A stretch of DNA of 39,195 bases from Candidatus Saccharimonadales bacterium (GTDB lineage Bacteria > Patescibacteriota > Saccharimonadia > Saccharimonadales > UBA10212), in NCBI GenBank assembly GCA_036279215.1, contig DASUJO010000020.1, positions 1-39,195 of the forward strand, given 5' to 3'. A program made the position numbers and the translations under genes. The notes beneath the pieces are model-generated. The model saw nothing but the letters and a program-made list of their open reading frames with translations, did not search any database and was not told the origin of the DNA. How positions within the stretch are numbered: position 1 is the stretch's first letter; each line of letters opens with the position of its first letter. This document shows, piece after piece, positions 33,501 through 39,195 of this stretch.

Positions 33501-33910
33501 AGCGGATTGTCATAAGGCAGGCGTCCGGTGATGGATTTGATAACTGTTGACTGGCCCAAGTCATCTATAGGCGACATGTCGGCTTCTTCAAAAAAATCCG
33601 GGTAGCGGCGTATCAGCTCGCTGCCGAAGGCATGGTAGGTGCTGATATTTATTTCGTACGCCGGCTGGCCGATTAAGTTTATCAGGCGCTCACGCATGGC
33701 CTCCACACCGGCTTCGGTAAAGGTCAGAAGCAATATATTCTGCGGCAGTGTGTCGGTTTTTTGCAGGATGTAGCCGACGCGGGTGCTTACCAGCTGGGTT
33801 TTGCCCGTGCCGGGCCCGGCAATTACCAGCACCGGCCCGTCTATAGTCTCTACGGCCTTCTTCTGAGCCGGATTTAATCCGGCCAACGCCTTCCCGAACT
33901 CCTTGTCCAC
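30590..33910 (-). CDS. UvrD/PcrA-family SF1 helicase fused to a C-terminal RecB-like PD-(D/E)XK nuclease (AddA/AdnB-like)
   Basis: 'LNPAQKKAV', 'AGPGTGKT', 'MLDEFQDTN', 'VGDDDQAIYAFQGA', 'QNYRS', 'TAYGSKGREF' and 'YVAATRAK'. The C-terminal nuclease core is 'GKIDWMGV...ISIVDFKTGRS...YRQQLLMYKLL'. Confidence 0.88.
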   Translation of the reverse strand: MDKEFGKALAGLNPAQKKAVETIDGPVLVIAGPGTGKTQLVSTRVGYILQKTDTLPQNILLLTFTEAGVEAMRERLINLIGQPAYEINISTYHAFGSELIRRYPDFFEEADMSPIDDLGQSTVIKSITGRLPYDNPLRYSGDYYGDVLGFISDSKRALLRPQDIFAITRANLKFIEEMNKVARPVLDGLKIINKASVKVFEKLHKLLKNQPKSGKLPDAVLPLGGYAADELGAALAEYDATKKTVPLTKWKNAWLEKDSDGRFIFGGRRQNLRLLAAAEVYDLYQKDLARRRLFDYDDMILRAIDALQKNPDFKYSLAEQYQYIMLDEFQDTNQAQFRLIELLADHPSNEGRPNLLAVGDDDQAIYAFQGADHANMLNFVKAYKDVKVITLLQNYRSTPDIVTTAKNISEQISERLHHNFKAVSKDIKPAAKGKPDSQDICGREFKTDGAQYDWVASQIKRLISKDKIEAKEIAVLAPKHRYLVEFLPYLARHGIPVHYEKRENVLDSPIVRQLEQMARLVLALQEENKLANSLWPEVLSYDFWGIKTGKIWQLSWQADEEGKPWVDILLKDKKTHDIALFFLRLKDMLVVTILEEQLDALIGINGRSEPLNLPISSPLFEYYFGSPKDKDAISFSRFLSNLNVLRHRLREHQRTETEPLNLRNFVDFIDANRAAQINILDSSPYYESPEAVQLMTAYGSKGREFRTVFIIAAVDEVWGSASRNQGYRISLPENLNFIRYQGASEDERLRLLYVAATRAKTHLYFTGYNFTLAGRDMTRLKYLQISQEADDVPKINILPDGKNALVKDSGEDISADALLDYWTDRHQPPFEPGLKELLEPRLKRYQLSPTHLNHFVDLVNHGPADFFIYCILRFPRAPSIEASYGTAVHNSLRWLGFQITRHQPLPPRDKFLKVFEQQLGAMRLPEDDFNLLRDRGRQALDSWYTQQHKAFGPNDLFEVNLARYGVFVDDAHLSGKIDWMGVNEKTRTISIVDFKTGRSYSRWQQNVLKLHRYRQQLLMYKLLVAKSGRFKNYRIDKVALQFVEPDEDGRMVQLELPNDESELERHAKLLQAVWKRVMALDFPDVSKYQPTIKGISDFENDLIEKG

Positions 33911-33949
33911 GACCTTATTATCGCACGTGAGCGCCGGTGATGTTAGGAA

Positions 33950-34435
33950 TCAGGATTGGTTCATCAAGGAGTCGCCGCAGGTTTTGTGGAAGTGCAGCTC
34001 ATGTAGCCGGTTATTGTGCGGCCACCAGACATGGTAGCCCTTGCGCATACCGTCTCCACCATCAATATTCAGCGGCTTCGAGCATTTATCACAGTAATAG
34101 GCTGTAAGCTGAGGACGCTCGCTGGAGTTCCAGCGTCTGACTATGTATGCGAACCCGGCCTCTGCCGGCTTGCTAAACTTTTTGCCAAATTGTTTGATAT
34201 TCTTCCATGGCTTTAGCCCAGCCTTGGGCTTAATTTTGCCGCCTTCAAACAGTTGCTGGCACTCTTGGCACAGATGTACAGGTATAAAAAACATATCCGA
34301 ATCCAGCCAATGATAATAAGCTTCGTTTATATATTTTTGGCAATTAGCGCAGCGGAAACCGCGGTATTCCGGATGAGGATTAATGTCCCAAGCGTTCACA
34401 ATAGATAGAAGTAATTCTTGTTCGTCTGACCGCAT
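33950..34435 (-). CDS. Hypothetical Cys-rich (two zinc-ribbon-like CxxC pairs) protein
   Basis: 161 aa. Cys motifs are 'FRCANCQKY...LCQECQQ' and 'YYCDKCSKP...HFHKTCG'. It sits between folA and the helicase-nuclease in the same orientation. Confidence 0.55.
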   Translation of the reverse strand: MRSDEQELLLSIVNAWDINPHPEYRGFRCANCQKYINEAYYHWLDSDMFFIPVHLCQECQQLFEGGKIKPKAGLKPWKNIKQFGKKFSKPAEAGFAYIVRRWNSSERPQLTAYYCDKCSKPLNIDGGDGMRKGYHVWWPHNNRLHELHFHKTCGDSLMNQS

Positions 34436-34501
34436 ATCTTATGCCCCATTATCGCACGCTCAAATTTTTATGTGGTAGACCATATGAAACTCGAACTCTA
34501 G

Positions 34502-34996
34502 CTATAGTCGGCTGAGTATAGTGAATTCGAAGTCAAACTGATTTTTTTCATCTGCGGAGTGCTTTTCGCTTGAAACTTGCTTCCATTCGTCAGGGCCATA
34601 ATTGAAGGATTTGTCGCCTTTGATATCCGCGTCTACTTTGGTCAGATAAATCCGGTCCAGCAGAGGCATAGCTTGCTCATAAATGGATGCGCCGCCGATG
34701 ATAAAAATCTCATCCGCGCCTTCTGATTTTTTAGCCTGCTCTAACGCTTCATTAAGCGAGCCGACGATCACACAGCCTTCGGCTGCTTTATAGCCCCTAT
34801 CACGCGTTATAACGATGTTGGTGCGGCCGGGCAGCGCCCGGCCGATGGATTCGTGCGTTTTGCGCCCCATGATTATGGGATGGCCCATCGTAACTTCTTT
34901 GAACCGTGACAGCTCGGCCGGCAGATACCAAGGCAGCCCGCCCCCCTTGCCAATCACCCCGTTCTTGGCCATCGCGACTATGGCTGAAATTACCAT
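34502..34996 (-). CDS. folA: Dihydrofolate reductase
   Basis: 'ISAIVAMAKNGVIGKGGGLPW', 'IIMGRKT' and 'IFIIGGASIY'. Confidence 0.93.
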   Translation of the reverse strand: MVISAIVAMAKNGVIGKGGGLPWYLPAELSRFKEVTMGHPIIMGRKTHESIGRALPGRTNIVITRDRGYKAAEGCVIVGSLNEALEQAKKSEGADEIFIIGGASIYEQAMPLLDRIYLTKVDADIKGDKSFNYGPDEWKQVSSEKHSADEKNQFDFEFTILSRL

Positions 34997-35020
34997 CTAC
35001 TTTCTACCATCAACCATCTA

Positions 35021-35938
35021 CTACACCGCTATTGGCGCCCAAATTGCCGGATGCGGGTCATAGCCGACCAGCTCAAAGTCTTCGAACTTAAAATCGTCTA
35101 TGTTCTTAACGTCGGGATTAATCTTCATGGTCGGCAAAGGCCGCGGCTTACGCCGCAGCTGTTCATCCACTTGCTTTAGGTGGTTCAGGTACAAGTGTGT
35201 ATCGCCAAAAGTGTGCACGAATTCTCCCGGTTTTAGCCCGGTAACCTGGGCTACCATCATCGTCAGCAGAGCGTACGACGCGATGTTAAACGGCACGCCC
35301 AGAAATGTGTCTGCGCTGCGCTGATACATCTGCAAGGACAGCCTGCCGTCAGAAACGTAAAACTGGAACAGCAGATGGCACGGCGGCAGGCCCGACACAG
35401 CCATGTCCTCAATATCCGCCACGTTCCACGCCGATATTATATTCCGCCGCGAATCCGGATTCTTTTTGATGGTCTCTATCGCCTGTTTTATTTGGTCTAT
35501 GTGCCGGCCGTCGGGCGTAGGCCAATTGCGCCACTGGTAGCCGTACACCGGTCCCAGCTCGCCGTTCCATTTAGCAAAATCGGGGTCGCGCTTGATGCGC
35601 TCGGTAAACTCTTTGATTCCTTTGTTCCACTCATCGCTGTTAACCGCCGGCACCTTTTTGCCCTGTTTGAGCAAATAGGCTTTATAAGGCCAGTCGTCCC
35701 AGATGTGGACGTCGTTATCTACCAGGTATTTGATGTTGGTACTGCCCTGCAAAAACCAGATAAGCTCGTGTATAACGCCGCGCATAAACAGCTTTTTGGT
35801 GGTGACCGCCGGAAATCCATCGCTTAAATCGAACCGCAGCTGGCGGCCGAACACGCTGATGGTTCCCACCCCTGTGCGGTCGGCTCTTTTGACGCCGTTG
35901 CGCTTAATATCCTCCAATAACCCCAGATACTGCCTCAT
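35021..35938 (-). CDS. thyA: Thymidylate synthase ThyA (long form with internal insertion)
   Basis: '[11 protein letters not shown]', 'DRTGVGT', '[12 protein letters not shown]' and '[18 protein letters not shown]'. At 305 aa it carries an insertion ('...[30 protein letters not shown]...') in the position of the L. casei-type long enzymes. Confidence 0.95.
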   Translation of the reverse strand: MRQYLGLLEDIKRNGVKRADRTGVGTISVFGRQLRFDLSDGFPAVTTKKLFMRGVIHELIWFLQGSTNIKYLVDNDVHIWDDWPYKAYLLKQGKKVPAVNSDEWNKGIKEFTERIKRDPDFAKWNGELGPVYGYQWRNWPTPDGRHIDQIKQAIETIKKNPDSRRNIISAWNVADIEDMAVSGLPPCHLLFQFYVSDGRLSLQMYQRSADTFLGVPFNIASYALLTMMVAQVTGLKPGEFVHTFGDTHLYLNHLKQVDEQLRRKPRPLPTMKINPDVKNIDDFKFEDFELVGYDPHPAIWAPIAV

Positions 35939-36008
35939 AGTGACCTAATTTTACATTAGACTTTCGGGCCGAATCGTTGTATTTTATTCATAAGAAAACA
36001 TAACAGAA

Positions 36009-37739
36009 ATGGCCCTGACAAAAACCAAAATAAGGTCCCAGACTCTGCAGCCGCCTACCTTAAAGCCGTCGGCCGAAGGCCTGCATGATTTTATATACAC
36101 CCTAAAGGCCCGCGGATTTGAGGGCGAGGCCGATATACGCCCTGATACGCTTGATAAATACAGCCACGACGCTTCGCTGTTTGAACTGCGGCCGCAGATG
36201 GTGGTATACCCCAAGAACGTTAAAGATTTGCAGCGGCTGGTGGTTTCAAGCTACTTCAGCCGGCCTAAACTGCCCAATTTATCGCTGACCGCCCGCGCCG
36301 CCGGCACCGATATGGGCGGCGGTTCTATAAACGAATCGGTAATCATAGATTTTACGCATTACTTTAATTACATCGGCAAAGTTACCGGCAGCAGCGCCAG
36401 TGTGCAGCCGGGAGTGCTGTACCGCGATTTTGAAAAAGCCACCTTGGCCCAAGGCGCGCTGATGCCGGCCTTTCCTGCCAGCCGCGAACTGGCATCAGTA
36501 GGCGGTATGGTGGCAAACTTCAGCGGCGGAGAATTATCGCTAAAATACGGCAAAATTAATAACTTCGTACAAAAACTGCAGGTGGTATTGAGCGACGGCA
36601 ACGTCTACGAACTTAAGGCGCTGGACAGAAAAGAACTGGCGGCCAAAAGAGCCCAAAAGAATTTTGAGGGCGAGATTTACCAGCAGATGTATGAACTGCT
36701 GGAAAAAAATTACGACAAAATAAAAGCCGCCAAACCCAAAGTAACCAAAAACTCCACTGGATATAACCTTTGGGATGTATGGGACCGCGACACCGGTGTT
36801 TTTGACCTGACAAAGCTGTTTATCGGTTCGCAAGGCACCCTTGGGCTGATTAGCGACATCAACTTCAAACTGGTTAAAAAGGCGCCGAACTCCGGCGTGC
36901 TGGTGTGCTTTATGAAAGACAGGAACATGGACCGGCTTGGCGAGCTGATAAACACCGTATCGGCCAGCAAGCCGACCAGCTTTGAGGCCTTCGATAACTA
37001 CACGCTGATGCTGGCTATCAAGTTTTTTCCTTACTTTAGTAAGACTATCGGCTGGAAAGGCCTTTTTAAGCTGGGCCTGCAGTTGTTGCCGGACGCTTTG
37101 ATTTTGGCAAAAGGCATTCCTAAAATGGTGCTTTTGATTGAATATACCGGTGATACCGCAGCCGAAGTCACAGAAAAAGTCCACGCTATGCGCCAGCAGC
37201 TGGAACCGTTCAACCTGGACGCTATGGAAGAAGACGAAACCGAAGCCAAAGCCTGGAAGTTCCGAATTATGCGGCGCGAGAGCTTTAACCTGCTGCGTAA
37301 AAAGGTGCACGACAAGCACACAGCGCCCTTTATTGACGATTTTGTGGTGCCGCCCGAGCATCTGCCCGAATTCCTGCCAAAACTGCGTAAAATCGTTAAA
37401 AAATACAGCCTGATGGCTACGCTGGCCGGGCATATGGGCGACGGCAACTTCCACGTGATACCGCTGATGAAAATAGAAGACCGCCGCGAACGCGCTAAGC
37501 TGGAACCGGCAATGAAAGAAGTCAACGAACTCGTTTTGAAGTATGGCGGAAGCATATCCGGCGAACATAACGACGGTATGATTCGCGGGCCTTGGCTGGA
37601 GATGATGTATGGCGAAGAGATAGTTAATTTATTCAGGCAGACCAAAAAGATTTTTGACCCGCATAATATATTTAATCCGCACAAAAAGACAGACGCCGAC
37701 TGGGACTATTCAATGTCCCATATCCGCGAACATTTCTAG
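36009..37739 (+). CDS. FAD-linked oxidase (GlcD / D-lactate dehydrogenase-like)
   Basis: An FAD_binding_4-like region ('LTARAAGTDMGGGS', 'ASVGGMVANFSGG') and C-terminal 'GGSISGEHNDG' and 'DPHNIFNP'. Confidence 0.8.
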   Translation: MALTKTKIRSQTLQPPTLKPSAEGLHDFIYTLKARGFEGEADIRPDTLDKYSHDASLFELRPQMVVYPKNVKDLQRLVVSSYFSRPKLPNLSLTARAAGTDMGGGSINESVIIDFTHYFNYIGKVTGSSASVQPGVLYRDFEKATLAQGALMPAFPASRELASVGGMVANFSGGELSLKYGKINNFVQKLQVVLSDGNVYELKALDRKELAAKRAQKNFEGEIYQQMYELLEKNYDKIKAAKPKVTKNSTGYNLWDVWDRDTGVFDLTKLFIGSQGTLGLISDINFKLVKKAPNSGVLVCFMKDRNMDRLGELINTVSASKPTSFEAFDNYTLMLAIKFFPYFSKTIGWKGLFKLGLQLLPDALILAKGIPKMVLLIEYTGDTAAEVTEKVHAMRQQLEPFNLDAMEEDETEAKAWKFRIMRRESFNLLRKKVHDKHTAPFIDDFVVPPEHLPEFLPKLRKIVKKYSLMATLAGHMGDGNFHVIPLMKIEDRRERAKLEPAMKEVNELVLKYGGSISGEHNDGMIRGPWLEMMYGEEIVNLFRQTKKIFDPHNIFNPHKKTDADWDYSMSHIREHF

Positions 37740-37748
37740 GCGCAAATT

Positions 37749-37783
37749 AAAACCCCGCGGATAAATAGCGCGGGGTTTATTTA
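37749..37783. terminator. Bidirectional intrinsic terminator between convergent FAD-oxidase and DoxX genes
   Basis: The stem CCCCGCG/CGCGGGG (37753-37759/37769-37775) is extended by A/T pairs. It is followed by TTTATTT on the plus strand and TTTTAATTT on the minus strand. Confidence 0.7.
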
Positions 37784-37794
37784 ACTTAGGTTTG

Positions 37795-38334
37795 CTAGCG
37801 GAGGAGCGGGAACTTTTTGGCAAGCGAGGTTTTAACCCACCAGCCGCGATAGCCCCATACCTGGTGCTCGTCAACCAGCGCTACGCCGAACAAAACCAAG
37901 GCGTAGATTAGGTGTTCATCTATTAGCGGCGTGTTTGCAGGCCACAGCAGAGCGCTGTACATCAATAACAGCAAAACTATTCCGGTGAATGCCGCGGCAC
38001 GGACATAAATTCCAAACAGCAATCCTACGCCGATAAATAACAGGCCGAGCATGAACAGCCAGTCAACCCAGGCGACTCCTGCCAGATGGTGATAGAAGTC
38101 AGTAAACGGGCCTGTTACTCCGTGCCCCAAAAAGCCGGAAGTCGGCGAACCGCCGTTAATCCAGGCATCAGAACAGCTAACAGTAACGTCGCCGCTGACT
38201 TTGTCTTTACATGTTGAAAATCCGAGACCAAGCAGTTTGTCTAGGAACGCCCACAAGAAGACGAACCCTAAAACCATGCGAAGCAGAGCCCACACATATA
38301 GACTGCCGTCCGCTACGTGTTTTTTGAGAGCCAT
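37795..38334 (-). CDS. DoxX-family membrane protein
   Basis: 179 aa with 4 TM segments. 'LLRMVLGFVFLWAFLDKL' is a DoxX-like start. Confidence 0.7.
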   Translation of the reverse strand: MALKKHVADGSLYVWALLRMVLGFVFLWAFLDKLLGLGFSTCKDKVSGDVTVSCSDAWINGGSPTSGFLGHGVTGPFTDFYHHLAGVAWVDWLFMLGLLFIGVGLLFGIYVRAAAFTGIVLLLLMYSALLWPANTPLIDEHLIYALVLFGVALVDEHQVWGYRGWWVKTSLAKKFPLLR

Positions 38335-38446
38335 ATTCTAGTTCCTTTGTTTAGTTCTTATGCTTACAAGATACACAAAACCAGCAAATATTACAACAGC
38401 CGTTGGATTATGTTTTTTCTGCCTTTTAAATTATTTGGGAATCGAT

Positions 38447-38704
38447 TTAAAAGTGTGTTTGTTTGGCAAGTTTACGATGGGCGGCAAAGATACCGGCTCC
38501 AACAACGCCCAAGTAGAACAAGCCTGTCATACAAACAGAAAGCAGCGGCGAATGGCTGGTATAAGTTAAAATACCGCCGCTAACCAACGTGGCGGCTATA
38601 AGGCCGTAAGCGCCGTATATTTTAGGTTTTGACGGCGATAAATATACATACCCGGTGTAAATTAGGCTTGCCAACACTACCGCTACGTGTAAAACCAAAA
38701 TCAT
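38447..38704 (-). CDS. Small hydrophobic membrane protein (about 3 TM)
   Basis: An 85-aa ORF that is almost entirely hydrophobic, immediately downstream of the heme O synthase-like gene. Confidence 0.45.
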   Translation of the reverse strand: MILVLHVAVVLASLIYTGYVYLSPSKPKIYGAYGLIAATLVSGGILTYTSHSPLLSVCMTGLFYLGVVGAGIFAAHRKLAKQTHF

Positions 38705-38747
38705 TAATCAAAATATAGCATAAGAGATATGAATAAGGAATATGGAA

Positions 38748-39195
38748 TTAGGGGAGAAGCGGCCCGAGGGCTAATAAGACCGATGTAACGACCAGCACGC
38801 TAAGGGAGGCCTTAAATACTCCTTTGCCCCACTGCTCATCCGAAGGAACATCCTGCACGATGCTTTTTAGCCAGATGGCGCAGACGACAATTATGGCCGC
38901 CAGAAATACATACCCGGTGTAGTCTTCCCAAGTCAGTAAACTGGCCGAGAACAAGAACAGCAGCGTGTATGCGAATACCTGCTTTTTGGTAGTTTTAACG
39001 CCTTTCTTAACAGGCAAAACCGGCAGCTGGGCGTCCGAGTAATCCTTAAGCCGATAAACTGCTATGGCATAAAAATGCACCATTTGCCACGCCAGCATGA
39101 TAACGAACAGTATGGCGGCCGCCCTATCCAGGCTGCCTGTAACAGCTGTATAGCCGGCTACAAGCGATGCGCCGCCAGGAACCGTGCCGATGAGC
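38748..39195 (-). CDS. Protoheme IX farnesyltransferase-like (CyoE/CtaB, UbiA family), 5'-truncated by the window edge
   Basis: The frame stays open to the window end ('LIGTVPGGASLVAGYTAVTGSLD...'). 'WQMVHFYAIAVYRLKDYSDAQLPVLPVKKGVKTTKKQVFAYTLLF' parallels the CyoE sequence 'PHFWALAI.R..DY..AGIPMLPV..G...TK'. Confidence 0.75.
   Translation of the reverse strand, partial: LIGTVPGGASLVAGYTAVTGSLDRAAAILFVIMLAWQMVHFYAIAVYRLKDYSDAQLPVLPVKKGVKTTKKQVFAYTLLFLFSASLLTWEDYTGYVFLAAIIVVCAIWLKSIVQDVPSDEQWGKGVFKASLSVLVVTSVLLALGPLLP

Noticed and set aside
36540-37568. 342-aa minus-strand ORF inside the FAD-oxidase gene. Similar long antisense ORFs occur at 32336-32992, 3104-3622, 6585-7283, 18322-18870 and 608-1039.
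   Set aside because: All lie fully inside genes with clear family motifs on the other strand, and their translations are low-complexity or unrecognisable. For the same reason I do not use long antisense ORFs as evidence for compositional islands, and I hand-counted GC instead.
1-39195. Alternative genetic code (UGA read as Gly, as in some CPR lineages), and a scan for CRISPR arrays, rRNA, transposases and integrases
   Set aside because: TGA ends well-delimited genes (for example the kinase at 10917-10919 and the polymerase at 12285-12287), and conserved proteins are full length under the standard code. I found no repeat-spacer arrays, rRNA-like sequence or recombinase-like ORFs.

Overview
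Gene-dense bacterial chromosomal window: about 40 CDS (mostly minus strand, many 4-nt overlaps), 2 tRNAs, and no rRNA, CRISPR array, transposase or integrase. GC is about 46-52% in the samples I hand-counted. The gene content suggests a reduced-genome Gram-positive-like lineage such as Patescibacteria/CPR (Saccharibacteria-like): a soluble VirD4/TraD-like ATPase, a sigma-region-4 + HARE-HTH protein, a PEGA protein, a sortase, DUF3048, a GtrA/GT2 cluster, a membrane-anchored SNase, a receiver-only response regulator with a Pro/Ala tail, and heme O synthase. This lineage call is an inference. The standard genetic code applies, because TGA terminates well-delimited genes. Housekeeping genes recognised with confidence are topA, dprA, pth, der, gltX, xth, smpB, folA, thyA, a cob(I)alamin adenosyltransferase, an aquaporin and a UvrD-type helicase fused to a RecB-like nuclease. 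Two regions stand out. (1) 12285-14932 is a block of clearly higher GC (about 59-65% in most hand-counted samples; the 88-aa ORF is lower, about 52%) lying about 400 nt from tRNA-Glu. It holds a UmuC-like Y-family polymerase translationally coupled to an orphan 88-aa protein, an SRAP/YedK-type gene whose catalytic Cys is not next to any start codon, and a second, paralogous 87-aa orphan protein with a long structured leader. I read this as a horizontally acquired DNA-damage-tolerance cassette with an undescribed small-subunit family. (2) 7557-8017 is an ORF-free gap between dprA and pth. It has a near-consensus plus-strand promoter, about 425 nt of nested helices whose six non-Watson-Crick pairs are all G-U only on the plus strand, and an intrinsic terminator. 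I read this as a candidate large structured ncRNA that I could not assign to RNase P, tmRNA, 6S, SRP or T-box. Lower-priority observations are listed separately.
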